Shown: one piece after another, positions 47,079 to 56,753 of the stretch
Layout of the letters: each line of letters opens with the position of its first letter
Numbering within the stretch: position 1 is the stretch's first letter
Virus record (IMG/VR): IMGVR_UViG_2866048730_000001
Coordinates: 1 to 64,000 of that record
Direction: 5' to 3' (one strand)
Length of the DNA: 64,000 nucleotides
Source of the DNA: a virus
Lineage: Duplodnaviria; Caudoviricetes
Position numbers and translations under genes: made by a program
Notes under the pieces: generated by a model
Seen by the model: the letters and a program-made list of their open reading frames with translations, nothing else
The model's database searches: none
Told to the model about the DNA's origin: nothing

Positions 47079-47875
47079 GCGTATACCCCTTCGAAGGTCT
47101 GGGTGACCGGTCCGCCAACCCAGGCGGCCCGTTCCGGGCGGTCGTGGTGCGGGCGGACGGTGAGCGGTTCACCGGCCCGGTTGTGAACGGTGACCTCGCG
47201 CTTGGCGACGAGGCCGCGCATGGTGGCGACGACAACGGCTGCGACGGCCCCGCTGCCGCAGGAGAGCGTCTCGGCTTCGACACCGCGTTCGTAGGTGCGG
47301 ATCTTGAGTGCCTGGCGGCCGAGGCGCTGGACGAAGTTGACGTTCGTGCCGATCGGCGCCACGTTCTTGTGGTGCCGAACGACTCGGCCGACCACTTCCG
47401 CGTGGATGGCGTCCACGTCGTCCACGACGGCGACGACGTGTTCCGTGCCGGTGTGCGCGCTGTCGAACCACGTTGGCCTGCCGTTGATGATCGTCTGTAA
47501 GACGCGGGGCTCGATGGCGCCCACTTCGGCTGTGACCCATACGGAGTTGGTGTCGACGGTTGCCTCGTGCAGGACACCTGCCATGCGAAGCTGCATCGTC
47601 CGGAAGCCCTGATCGCACTGGGCTGCCCACGCCGCACAGCGCAGCGCGTTGCCGCACATCGTGGCGACCGAGCCGTCCGCGTTGAAGCAGTCGACTTCGA
47701 GAACGGTCGGCTCATCGCTGACCCGGCTGCTGATGACAAGGCCGTCCGCACCGATGCCAGTACGTCTGGCGCAGAGGCGTTCGGCCTCCTTCGGCCACTC
47801 CCTTTTGTCGGCCGGGCCGAGGTCGGTAAGCAGGACGAAGTCGTTGCCGGCCCCGTGAATCTTGCGGAAGCGCAT
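47075..47875 (-). CDS. dapF: Diaminopimelate epimerase-family enzyme
   Basis: HGAGNDF, GIGADG, NADGS..MCGN, ERGVEAETLSCGSG. Confidence 0.9.
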   Translation of the reverse strand: MRFRKIHGAGNDFVLLTDLGPADKREWPKEAERLCARRTGIGADGLVISSRVSDEPTVLEVDCFNADGSVATMCGNALRCAAWAAQCDQGFRTMQLRMAGVLHEATVDTNSVWVTAEVGAIEPRVLQTIINGRPTWFDSAHTGTEHVVAVVDDVDAIHAEVVGRVVRHHKNVAPIGTNVNFVQRLGRQALKIRTYERGVEAETLSCGSGAVAAVVVATMRGLVAKREVTVHNRAGEPLTVRPHHDRPERAAWVGGPVTQTFEGVYA

Positions 47876-47935
47876 GGCGAAGCTCCTCGCGGCGTGAGGT
47901 GAGAAGGGTCGAGAGATACTCGGATGCGTTTTGGG

Positions 47936-48184
47936 TCAGAGAAGTTCGAGGGGCCGGTAGATAGTCCGGGGCTCGCGCATGATCACCGGGGCGCGCCCGG
48001 TGAAGTGCAGGACGCGGTGGGCTGATGTGCCGGCGGCCCTCATGTCCCGGACTCGCTGGAACGCTCCATCGAGGTACAGGAAGTCGCCTATGCGCACATC
48101 GCCCGGCGGCCTGTTCCGCTGCTCGACTGTCCCGACAGGGGGAGTCGGCTTGGCTTGCAATTCCCCAGCCTTGCGCTTGTGCAT
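47936..48184 (-). CDS. Small hypothetical protein
   Basis: VRIGDFLYLDG...V.DMR; coupled ORF. Confidence 0.55.
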   Translation of the reverse strand: MHKRKAGELQAKPTPPVGTVEQRNRPPGDVRIGDFLYLDGAFQRVRDMRAAGTSAHRVLHFTGRAPVIMREPRTIYRPLELL

Positions 48185-48269
48185 CAGCCCCTCCAGATGG
48201 CGTAGAGGAGGGTGCCGCCGAGCATCACAAGGCTGGCAAGGTAGGTGAGTTGTTCGTTTCGGGGGCTCA

Positions 48270-48809
48270 TCAGGTTCCGATCAGGAGGCTCTCCAGACGG
48301 CCGCGGAGCGGCGGCATGCTGACTTCGGACAGCGGCACCCAGGCCGCCGCGCCCGCTTCCAGCACCGACGAGCGCACGGCGCTTGCGTGTGCCCGGAAGA
48401 GGTAACGAATGCCGACCCGGAGGCGGGGGCCATACGCGTGCTGACTCGCGGGCGTCACGTCGACCAGGAAGGGGCCTTCGTTTCCGGGTTGCGTCCACAC
48501 GTCCCGGATGCCGACCTCCTCGACCAGCAGGCGGAGGGCCGCCTCGCTGAGTGAGTCGTCCTGATCCTCCGGCTCGGCCTCCGCGAGGGCGTAGCCGCCC
48601 TGGTGCCGCAGGCACAGGACGCGGTCCCGCTCGTCGACGACGACGGCCGCCGTCATCACGAGCGGACAGCGCTGGTCGTGCGTGCAGGCTTGGCGCCGCG
48701 AGTGGTCGAGGGCGGCGTCGTACACCGGCATCAACGCCATCTGGTCGCCGGGGTGTTCGTGGAGATAGTGGGAGAGCTCCCGGATGATCTGGTCTTCCTT
48801 GACGCTCAT
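48270..48809 (-). CDS. NUDIX-fold protein (degenerate Nudix box)
   Basis: AVVVDERDRVL...EAALRLLVEEVGI. Confidence 0.65.
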   Translation of the reverse strand: MSVKEDQIIRELSHYLHEHPGDQMALMPVYDAALDHSRRQACTHDQRCPLVMTAAVVVDERDRVLCLRHQGGYALAEAEPEDQDDSLSEAALRLLVEEVGIRDVWTQPGNEGPFLVDVTPASQHAYGPRLRVGIRYLFRAHASAVRSSVLEAGAAAWVPLSEVSMPPLRGRLESLLIGT

Positions 48810-49189
48810 GGCGCGCCCAGCCCGTTGCGCTCGGTGTAGACCCAGAGCAGCCGCCGCGTGAGCGTAGCGACGTCCCGGGCGTAGAGCCACGCCCCGAAGG
48901 TCGGCGTCTCTGCGGTCGGGCGCTCCTTGGAGTCGATCAGGGTAAGACCCTTGCGGACGAGCTGCTGAACCTCGGCGTCCTCGTCCGCCCCCAGGTCCTG
49001 GTCGAGCAGGAGGTTCAGGTGTTGGACGACTGCCGGCGTGACCTCGTCGATGTCCTCGCGGGTCGTGGACCCCATCCGCATCGCGAGGATCGAATCCGTG
49101 CGTAAGGAAATTCCTTCGGTGTCGACGGGGGGATTCTCGGCCGATTCCTCGGCCGCCCCCAACGCCTTGCCGGTACTTGCCAAAGCCAT
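48806..49189 (-). CDS. Hypothetical protein (DUF6415-like)
   Basis: Coupled to NUDIX ORF; start uncertain. Confidence 0.5.
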   Translation of the reverse strand: MALASTGKALGAAEESAENPPVDTEGISLRTDSILAMRMGSTTREDIDEVTPAVVQHLNLLLDQDLGADEDAEVQQLVRKGLTLIDSKERPTAETPTFGAWLYARDVATLTRRLLWVYTERNGLGAP

Positions 49190-49343
49190 CCCAGCCTCCT
49201 CCGGGCAAGTTCTGGAGCCGTGGCATCAAGCTACGGATGGAGATATCCGGAGCACCACGAAATTGCCCACACTTGCCAGGAGGTAGTGAAACGTGCCGGA
49301 ACTTGCCGCGCTCAAGCGGAACTTGCCCGGACTTGCCAGTCGG

Positions 49344-50186
49344 TCACCCGAACGATTCGATGGCAGTGGTGATTATTTCCCGAGCAGCCGAGCCGAACAC
49401 GGCCATCTCGTAAAGCTCGGCAAAGGTCTGTGCATACATGCGGAGTTCAGGCTCCTGCTCGACCGTAAGGTGGGCTGAGACGAGTTCGACTTTGACTGTG
49501 TGGTCGTCGAACATGAAGAAGCCTTCGACGGGCATGAGCGGTCGCTCGATGTGGCGGGGAATGATCCCGATAGCCACTCTGGGGAGGGCCATGGCGCTGA
49601 GCAGGTAGCCGAGTTGGCCAACCATCACATCGGGGCCGCCCATCCGGTTGTAGAGGGCGCTCTCCTCCAAGAGGATGGCGAATGTGCGCTGCGTGTATAC
49701 GATCTTCTGTTTTTCAAGGCGGACCTCAACAGCCGCGTCGACATCGTCGATCGTGTTGCGACGGTCGCGGATGGAGGTCAGCAACGCCTTGATGTAGGAG
49801 GCCGTCTGCACCGGTCCAGGGATCAGCCACGGCGAGTAAAAGCGGAACTGCTGAGTCCGATCCCAAAGGGGAAGGGCTGACTGTTGGGCCTGCTTGAGCC
49901 CGCCGCTCTCCAACTGTTGCCACTGGACGTACATGCCCTCGATGCGGCGGGCAGTCTGGACGAGAAGGTCCGCTTGGTCCTCAGCACCGCATGCGCTGCA
50001 CCATTCGCGAAGATCGCGCTCCGAGGGCGCGCGTTTGGCGCTCTCGAAGCGCGATGCTTTCGATTCGTGCCACTCCAGTTTTTCAGAAAGGGCTCGCTTG
50101 GTGAGTCCGGCCGCAACCCGGATCTCTGCGAGGCGTTTCCCGAGCGCCTTGCGTGCTTCCTGGGCGCTCGAAGATGCCGATTCCAT
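49344..50186 (-). CDS. XRE HTH regulator with DUF5753 domain
   Basis: LGKRLAEIRVAAGLT...SRFES; IPGPVQT..Y, LEESAL. Confidence 0.85.
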   Translation of the reverse strand: MESASSSAQEARKALGKRLAEIRVAAGLTKRALSEKLEWHESKASRFESAKRAPSERDLREWCSACGAEDQADLLVQTARRIEGMYVQWQQLESGGLKQAQQSALPLWDRTQQFRFYSPWLIPGPVQTASYIKALLTSIRDRRNTIDDVDAAVEVRLEKQKIVYTQRTFAILLEESALYNRMGGPDVMVGQLGYLLSAMALPRVAIGIIPRHIERPLMPVEGFFMFDDHTVKVELVSAHLTVEQEPELRMYAQTFAELYEMAVFGSAAREIITTAIESFG

Positions 50187-50212
50187 GGGAGTGACGGTCC
50201 TATGCGTGGTGC

Positions 50213-50725
50213 CTAGCGGGCTTCGAACTCGGCATGCGGGATCGCCCTGCGCCAGATGGCATCGAAGGCCGACTCGCAGAGCTTCGCGATCTCCGGGTCT
50301 TCGGTGATCTCGGGCTCTGTGGGTTCGCCTTCGCCGTCGAAGTGGTTCAGGTACAGCAGCCGGGAGTCGAACAGCCAGAAGTCATTGCCCGGCACGAGTA
50401 GATCCGAAGCGTTCCGCCGAGGGAGCCACCGCACCTGCTCGCCCGCCGCGATGTTGAGCCCCTCGGTCACCTCGTGCTCGAAGCGGATGTACTCGCTCAC
50501 AGGCGTCGAGACGATGCGCGCTCGACGCACCTCGACACCTCGCGAGACCGCCTCCGAGACGATCGAGTGCCATGCGGACCAGCGCTCAGCCGGGTCGATC
50601 TGCCTGCCGGCCTTCCAGTCGACGAAGGTCGAGTGCGTCTTGCTGTAGGCGTCGCGGGCTTCCAGGTGGACGGCTGTCCGCTGGCAGTCGCGGAACAGCT
50701 CTTTAAACGTCGGGGGATTCGACAC
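50213..50725 (-). CDS. DUF6879-like protein
   Basis: AVHLEARDAY, RRARIVS.P.SEY, AGEQVRW, DFWLFD. Confidence 0.75.
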   Translation of the reverse strand: MSNPPTFKELFRDCQRTAVHLEARDAYSKTHSTFVDWKAGRQIDPAERWSAWHSIVSEAVSRGVEVRRARIVSTPVSEYIRFEHEVTEGLNIAAGEQVRWLPRRNASDLLVPGNDFWLFDSRLLYLNHFDGEGEPTEPEITEDPEIAKLCESAFDAIWRRAIPHAEFEAR

Positions 50726-50972
50726 CCTTCTCCACCTCCGGCTCGGTGTCCTTGGTAGCGGCCTCCCTGTCCTCTGCCAGGAAGAACTGCGCCATATAGC
50801 GGGGAATCTCCACCGCCCCCTCGTGCGGGGGGAGGTTCAGCTGCTTGAGCCGCTCCTCGTCCAGGACCTTGAACCCCTGGACGAGGTACCTGTCGGTCTC
50901 GTCGTCCACGTAGATCGTAGGCGAGTTGCCGTCAGGGCTGTTGGGGTCCTTACCGAGCATGCGCAGGGCCAT
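50703..50972 (-). CDS. Small protein of the XRE module
   Basis: LGKDPNSP..NSPTIY...YLVQG. Confidence 0.65.
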   Translation of the reverse strand: MALRMLGKDPNSPDGNSPTIYVDDETDRYLVQGFKVLDEERLKQLNLPPHEGAVEIPRYMAQFFLAEDREAATKDTEPEVEKGVESPDV

Positions 50973-51172
50973 GATGTCCTCCTCGGATGCGGGTGATGCT
51001 TCCCATGCCAGAGCTTGCCCCCGCCCCCGTTGGAACGCGAGGAACTTGCCCGAACTTGCCAGCACTTCACGGGCGACTGTAGGTGCGCGGAGGAGCGGGG
51101 GACGAGAAGTCGATCAGCCGTTCGCGGAGCGCTGGATTGGCCGAATTGGACTGATCGACTTCGCGTCCAGGG

Positions 51173-51556
51173 CTATGCCGCCTCCGCCAAGCCGTCGTAG
51201 CCGTCCACGTAGGGCCTGCCGTTCAGGTGCGCGGCGATCTTTCCGACCCCACGTTCGAGCCGGTATCGGACGGCTCGGTCCGTCACGCCCTGGAGGGTGG
51301 CGGCCTCCGCGTCGGGGAGATCGGCGCCGTACCGCAGGACGATGGCCTGGCGCTCGCCGGGGGTGAGCGGTGCAGTTACCCAACCCCGCCGGATGTCGGC
51401 GAGGTGGGCGAACAACAGGCTTGCCGTCTTCGGATCGACGCTGCCCTTGGGCATGTCGGCGTCCGGGGCCTGCAAGTTGCGGATGCCGTAGGCCGCCTCG
51501 TCATCCCATACCGCCGGAAGCAGATGCTCGACCAGGGCCCGGTCGTATCCGGTCAC
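51173..51556 (-). CDS. Sigma region 4-like half (prophage 2)
   Basis: Paralog of 75-458. Confidence 0.7.
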   Translation of the reverse strand: MTGYDRALVEHLLPAVWDDEAAYGIRNLQAPDADMPKGSVDPKTASLLFAHLADIRRGWVTAPLTPGERQAIVLRYGADLPDAEAATLQGVTDRAVRYRLERGVGKIAAHLNGRPYVDGYDGLAEAA

Positions 51557-51900
51557 CGGCCCCCGCTTTCGGCGACGGTGCGTGCGGCCTCGTACGACAC
51601 GTGTCCGGACCGGCGCTTCGCCTCGGTCAGCCACCGGTCGCGGAGCCTCTGCGAGAGCCAGCGGTGCAGCAGTCCGGCCCCGCCCTCGGCGACGAGCTGG
51701 CGCACGTAAGCGGCGCGCTCGGCGGCGATGATGACCGATTCCTGCAAGGCGTCCTCGTACTCCAACGTCAGCCCGTAGTCGCGTGAGAAGCCCCGCGCCA
51801 CGGCGCGGCAGACGCTGTCCACCTGCGGCTCGGCCAAGACAGTCCAGTCGGCTGTGGCGGCCTGCGGTGGATGCTCGATGTCCTGGAGCGTGATGGTCAT
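51553..51900 (-). CDS. Sigma region 2-like half (prophage 2)
   Basis: Paralog of 455-796. Confidence 0.65.
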   Translation of the reverse strand: MTITLQDIEHPPQAATADWTVLAEPQVDSVCRAVARGFSRDYGLTLEYEDALQESVIIAAERAAYVRQLVAEGGAGLLHRWLSQRLRDRWLTEAKRRSGHVSYEAARTVAESGGR

Positions 51901-53090
51901 CGAACGACCTCCTTCACCGGGACCTCGCCGTCCTTCGTGATCATGACCATCAGGCCGGGGGCTCCCCGGGTGCCGGTGCGGTGCCGCCACCACGTCGACT
52001 CGGACTCCATGGCCGGAACCTGGATGAACGTCCTCGGGCCGTCGGTGTCCACGAACTCGTGGTGCAGGTGGCCGGCCAGCAGCACGTCCGCCTGGTGCAT
52101 GGCGCTGGCCTTGTTGAAGCTCTGGCCCTTCCACCACTCGAAGTGCTTGCCCGACCTCCACTGGTGGCCGTGGGCATGGGCGATCACGCTTCCCGAGCAC
52201 TCGACCACGACGGTCAGCTCGTCGGTATCAGGCACGAAGAACTCCACGTGCCCGAACTCCTTCGGGGCCAGCGAGACGGCCTCCTGCACGGCAATGAGGG
52301 CGTCGGTGTCGTGGGAGTCGTCGTACCGCGTGACGCCTTTGCCGTTGAACCTGACGGCCTCGCCATGATTGCCGGGGACGGCCGCCACGGTGAGGCGCTC
52401 GACCAGCGGGGCGAGTCGCAGGACGGCGTGGGCCATCACGCGGCGGGTGAGGCGGATCTGCTCCGTCAGCGTCAGCGAGGTCCGCCAGGCGTTTGCACCG
52501 CCCTGGGACTGGTAGCCCTCGATATGGTCCCCGAGCCATGCAAGGTGGACATGCCCGATCGCGAACCGCTTCCGGTATTCGGGCAGGAGAGCTGCGGCCT
52601 TGTCGATGCAGGCGATCGTCCGCTGGAGGGTGCCGGCCACCCCGTCGCCGTCTGCCTTGCCGAACTGCATGTCTCCGAGCGCGACGATCAGGGTGTGGTC
52701 GCCCTGGCGCTGGGCGGTCGACAGGCGGGGCGGGTCGTAGCGGTCGACGAGGGCCAGGAGCTCGTCGAGGTTCGGGCGCTCGGCCTCGGGGTCCTGGCGC
52801 CGGGCGAAGGTGAAGCGCGCGGACACCCCCAGCTCGCCGTTCGGCAGAGTCCACTCGGAGCTGCGGAACGCCTTTACGTCCCAGTCGGCAGGGTCGAGCT
52901 GATGGGCGCGCAGCACGTCGGCGGCTGAGGTGTCCGGGTCCATCTCAACCGGGCCGCGCACGGTGACCTCGGCCGCGTTGCCGGAGACTTCGATCTGCCT
53001 CGTGTAGTCGCGGTCAGGGTCGGTCTGGCGGGCAGGTATGGGTGGAGGGGTGGGTGTGGCCAGAAGGTCGGTCAGTAGAGAGGTAGTCAC
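51897..53090 (-). CDS. Metallophosphoesterase
   Basis: GDMQ, GDHIEG, GNHGE, GHLH. Confidence 0.85.
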   Translation of the reverse strand: MTTSLLTDLLATPTPPPIPARQTDPDRDYTRQIEVSGNAAEVTVRGPVEMDPDTSAADVLRAHQLDPADWDVKAFRSSEWTLPNGELGVSARFTFARRQDPEAERPNLDELLALVDRYDPPRLSTAQRQGDHTLIVALGDMQFGKADGDGVAGTLQRTIACIDKAAALLPEYRKRFAIGHVHLAWLGDHIEGYQSQGGANAWRTSLTLTEQIRLTRRVMAHAVLRLAPLVERLTVAAVPGNHGEAVRFNGKGVTRYDDSHDTDALIAVQEAVSLAPKEFGHVEFFVPDTDELTVVVECSGSVIAHAHGHQWRSGKHFEWWKGQSFNKASAMHQADVLLAGHLHHEFVDTDGPRTFIQVPAMESESTWWRHRTGTRGAPGLMVMITKDGEVPVKEVVR

Positions 53091-53094
53091 GGGC

Positions 53095-53301
53095 TTACGC
53101 GGTCTCCTGAAGGGATCGACGGTACGTGCGGATGGTGGACGCGGACACGGCGTGCCCATGTCTGCGCAGGACGAGGGCAAGGCGCTCGGCGGAGGAGCCG
53201 TCGAAGAGGCGGATCATTACGGACTCGCGCTCGTCGGGTTCCAGTTCGTCGTAGATGCGCTGGAGGGTGGGGCCGGGGCTGCCGGGCAGTCCTTCGCTCA
53301 C
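53095..53301 (-). CDS. Small hypothetical protein
   Basis: Paralog of 1976-2194. Confidence 0.7.
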   Translation of the reverse strand: MSEGLPGSPGPTLQRIYDELEPDERESVMIRLFDGSSAERLALVLRRHGHAVSASTIRTYRRSLQETA

Positions 53302-53651
53302 GCGGCCTCCCGGTCGATGGTCTCCACGGCTGCTATGGCGAGGGCGGCCAGGCGGACGAGCCCGTCACGAGAGTGCTGGGTGTCCTGCTCGGCGAAGGCT
53401 TCAAAGCAGGCCGCCAGGAGCGTGGAGTCCCAGCCGGGGGTGCTGGCGAGTTGGCGGCTCGTCTCGATCGACCGCCATCGATTCGCCTCGCGCTGGTGGT
53501 GGGCTCGCCCCTTGGTGGGGCGCTGGCCTCCGGCGAGGGGCATGGGCTTGTCCCCGAGGAGCTTGCGAGCTGCCCTCACCTCGGTGAAGATCGCCGTTGC
53601 GGGGTCGGGCCTTCGGCCTGCCGGCCGTCGCGTCGTCTTGCCCTCGGTCAC
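53298..53651 (-). CDS. Hypothetical protein
   Basis: Paralog of 2968-3330. Confidence 0.6.
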   Translation of the reverse strand: MTEGKTTRRPAGRRPDPATAIFTEVRAARKLLGDKPMPLAGGQRPTKGRAHHQREANRWRSIETSRQLASTPGWDSTLLAACFEAFAEQDTQHSRDGLVRLAALAIAAVETIDREAA

Positions 53652-54316
53652 TGCTGGCCCTCCTCGCTGATCAGGTTGAGAAGGGCTTGCGCGCCCTCCT
53701 TCATGTAGGTCTCGGTCACATCGCCGTCGCGCAGGCGGACCCCTCGGGCTGATCGCAGAGAGCGGCAGACGCGGGTCGTGAGTTCGGCGCCAGCCTCGTC
53801 CGGGTCGGCCCACACCCACACTCGCGAGAAGCCTGCGAGCATCCGGCGATGGCGCGGACGCCAAAGGGCTGCCCCAGGGACCGCCACTGCGTGGAGGCCC
53901 ACCCGCCGCAGGGTGATGGTGTCGAGCTCGCCCTCCGTCACGTGGATCTCGTCGCCCGCTGCGTGGATCGCGTCAATGCCGTACAGGCGTGGCGGATCGT
54001 CCTTGAGCGAGTTGTACTTGCCGTGCCCGAAGTCGCGGTGGCTGTGCGTTTCGAGGCACCTGAACCGCATGGTCAGGACGCGTCCGTCGTGCCCGAGGTA
54101 GGGAATGGCGAGCCGTCCGGCCTGGCGCTCGTGTCCAGGGAGGGGGTTAGCTACGACGCCAAGCCGGTACGTAGCCGCCTCGTCCTCGGTGATCCCGCGC
54201 CCGAGAAGGTACTGAGCGGCGTCCGCCGTAAGCGCTGCCTGATAGGCGGCGGTCGCCTCCTCCAGCATCGTCCGTTGCGAGGGCGAGAGAGGCCGCAAGG
54301 GTTCGTGCTCCGGCAA
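53648..54316 (-). CDS. DNA primase, TOPRIM subunit
   Basis: TEGELD, DPDEAG. Confidence 0.88.
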   Translation of the reverse strand: MPEHEPLRPLSPSQRTMLEEATAAYQAALTADAAQYLLGRGITEDEAATYRLGVVANPLPGHERQAGRLAIPYLGHDGRVLTMRFRCLETHSHRDFGHGKYNSLKDDPPRLYGIDAIHAAGDEIHVTEGELDTITLRRVGLHAVAVPGAALWRPRHRRMLAGFSRVWVWADPDEAGAELTTRVCRSLRSARGVRLRDGDVTETYMKEGAQALLNLISEEGQQ

Positions 54317-54566
54317 AGGTGGTCTTCTCCTTCTTCATGATCAGCGTGTAGCTGTCGCCTCCCTCGCCGCAGGAGTGGCACTTCCACAGGCCACGGTCCA
54401 GGTGGTACGAGAACGACGGCGTGTTGTCCTCGTGGAGGGGGCACGGGGCCATGCCCGACGTGCGCTCGGGGTTGTAGTCGATTTCGTAGTGATCGAGGAC
54501 GGCCGCCAGGGTGGGCTTCTCGTGCTCCTGGTCCTCGAAGTCGTTCCGGAGACGCGCCAGGTTCAC
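54147..54566 (-). CDS. DNA primase, CHC2 zinc-finger subunit
   Basis: CPLHEDNTPS...CHSC. Confidence 0.85.
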   Translation of the reverse strand: MNLARLRNDFEDQEHEKPTLAAVLDHYEIDYNPERTSGMAPCPLHEDNTPSFSYHLDRGLWKCHSCGEGGDSYTLIMKKEKTTFAGARTLAASLALATDDAGGGDRRLSGSAYGGRRSVPSRARDHRGRGGYVPAWRRS

Positions 54567-54845
54567 GGCAGCATCCATTCGTCGAGGTCATGTACAGGGA
54601 TCTCGAAGAACTCCTCCAACTCCATGAGGAGTTGGCCGTCGAAGTCGGGATCGTTGAGGCAGTCGAGGAACGCCTCGAACCCGCAGACCTCCTCGGCCGG
54701 CATCACGCGACGCGCTCCCCCCGGAAGAAGCGGGCGTACGGGTCATAGCCGATCTCGCGAAGTCCCTGGGGAGTGGTGAAGTCGTCCATCAGTTCGCCGA
54801 GTTCGCGACAGATGCGGGCCTGCTCTTCCATCTCCTCGTACTGCC

Positions 54846-55238
54846 TCACGAGTCCGTCTCCGGCGGGAGGTCGAAGAACTCCTCGACCGTGCTCAGCACG
54901 TACGCCTGGCGCCAACTCGCACCCCTGCGCCGGACGATCACAGCCACGTCTACGTCCCGCGGATCGAGGCCCCGGTGCTTCGCGTAGTTGTCGCGCTCGC
55001 GGAGGGCTTCCTTGATGAAGGTCCCGGGCTCGAACTTGGCGTTCTTGGTCTCGGTGATCAGGAAGGGGCGGTGCCGCACGGGCTGTCGGCGAATGACGTG
55101 GTCGCCCTCGTCCTCGACTCCGGTGAGCCGTAGCCGCTCGATGTCGAACCCCGCCTCGCGGAGCTGATCGCGGAACTCGGTCTCCCACCGTGCCCCTGCC
55201 CGCTTGTTCCGGCGGTTCCGCGCCGTAATGTCGTTCAA
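54846..55238 (-). CDS. Holliday junction resolvase-like nuclease
   Basis: Paralog of 4522-4917. Confidence 0.75.
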   Translation of the reverse strand: MNDITARNRRNKRAGARWETEFRDQLREAGFDIERLRLTGVEDEGDHVIRRQPVRHRPFLITETKNAKFEPGTFIKEALRERDNYAKHRGLDPRDVDVAVIVRRRGASWRQAYVLSTVEEFFDLPPETDS

Positions 55239-55250
55239 CTCTTACAATCC

Positions 55251-56120
55251 TCACTGCTTCAGGGCGTCGAGCGGCGACCACTGTCGTGGTGCGGCCGGGG
55301 GAAGGGGGGAGATGCGAGGCTCAGGCTTGGCGAAGCGGGTGTACTCGGGCTGGCACCGCAAGGTCGCGTACCGCTTCGCGGTCGGATCGCAGGCCCCCAT
55401 TCGTTGCTTGATCACCGCGATCCGGAACTCCATCGACGTGGGGTCCAGAGCCACGGACAGCGACAGCTCGGGCTTCTCGCTCAACCCGCCCTTGACCTGG
55501 TCTCGGGAGGGCGGAGCCCACGGGTCGCTCTTCGCCTCCCAGCTTTTGTCGCTGGCGTGGTGGAGGACGATCACCGTCGCGCCGGTCGCGCGGGAGAGTT
55601 CGGTCAGGCCCGACATCACAGCCATCTGTTCGGTGTAATCGGATTCCGCCGAGTCGAAGTCCATGAGGTTGTCGAACACCATCACGGCCGGATAGGCGTC
55701 CCACAGTTCGACGTACGCCTCCAGCTCCTCGTCCACCGCCTTCCAGGTGATCGGGCTGCCGAAGCTGAAGGTGATGTTCAGGTGCGCCAGCGCGGCGAGG
55801 TACTCCTCGCGGTACCGGCCGCCAGCGGCCATGCCGGCCTCGACCATCGTCGTGGTGTCGCCGGTCATCATGCTGGCCAGCCGGGACGACGCCGTGAATG
55901 CGCTCATGTCCGCGCTGAAGTACAGCGTCGGCAAGTTCATCTGGGCGGCCCAGAACAGGGCCAGACCGGATTTCTGGGTGCCGGACCGACCGGCGATCAT
56001 CACGACCTCGCCGTGGCGTGGGCGGCAACCGATGTTGTAGAGCGGCTCGAAGGCGTCGATCCGCGGCAGCTCCTTGCCGGACTCGGCGTGCAGGGTCAGG
56101 GATCGTGCAGGGCTGAGCAA
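55251..56120 (-). CDS. DnaB-like helicase
   Basis: Paralog of 4930-5796. Confidence 0.82.
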   Translation of the reverse strand: MLSPARSLTLHAESGKELPRIDAFEPLYNIGCRPRHGEVVMIAGRSGTQKSGLALFWAAQMNLPTLYFSADMSAFTASSRLASMMTGDTTTMVEAGMAAGGRYREEYLAALAHLNITFSFGSPITWKAVDEELEAYVELWDAYPAVMVFDNLMDFDSAESDYTEQMAVMSGLTELSRATGATVIVLHHASDKSWEAKSDPWAPPSRDQVKGGLSEKPELSLSVALDPTSMEFRIAVIKQRMGACDPTAKRYATLRCQPEYTRFAKPEPRISPLPPAAPRQWSPLDALKQ

Positions 56121-56197
56121 GCGTGAGCTCCTCCTCATCACCCGCCAGGCAGGGGCGGCCACGAAAGCCGCCCCTGCCCAGCGGAGGTCGGGTGCGG

Positions 56198-56635
56198 TCA
56201 GTCGAAGGACGGGGCGGCGGCCACGGCCGCGTCGACTGCCGCGTCACGCTGCTCGGCGTACGCGATGACCTTGTTGCGGATGCCCATGTCGGTGATCTGC
56301 TTCCAGACCCATGCCGGGTGGGCGCCGGGCTTGGTTGCGGGGACCTGGGTGACGGTGACGAGGACGGCGCTGCCGACGAGCGTCGCCAGGTCTCGGGCGA
56401 GGACCGTCTGTTCGATGCGCTGCCCCTTCGAGACCTCGGGCGCGAGCCGGTCGAGCTGCTCCGGGGTCTTGAAGACGGTCACATCGCACAGTGCGCTGTC
56501 CTTCGGCCCATTGGGCGTGGGGCGCTGGCGTTCGTAGTCCTTGACCTCGACGAGGATGGCCATGGCCTCTGCGGCTTCCTTCGGCTTGAACCATCCGCCG
56601 TTGGCGGTAGGGATGTCCTTCAGGTTCAGCGGCAC
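56198..56635 (-). CDS. Putative ssDNA-binding protein
   Basis: Paralog of 5865-6302. Confidence 0.55.
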   Translation of the reverse strand: MPLNLKDIPTANGGWFKPKEAAEAMAILVEVKDYERQRPTPNGPKDSALCDVTVFKTPEQLDRLAPEVSKGQRIEQTVLARDLATLVGSAVLVTVTQVPATKPGAHPAWVWKQITDMGIRNKVIAYAEQRDAAVDAAVAAAPSFD

Positions 56636-56753
56636 TACTGATCTCCACTCTGTCGGTGAACGGGGTAGGGGGTGCGGCGGACTGGGGCGCGGCCCTTGAG
56701 GGTGCCCGCTGCGATGGCTACGGCGATGGCCGCGCCGAGAAGGCGGTTCTTCA

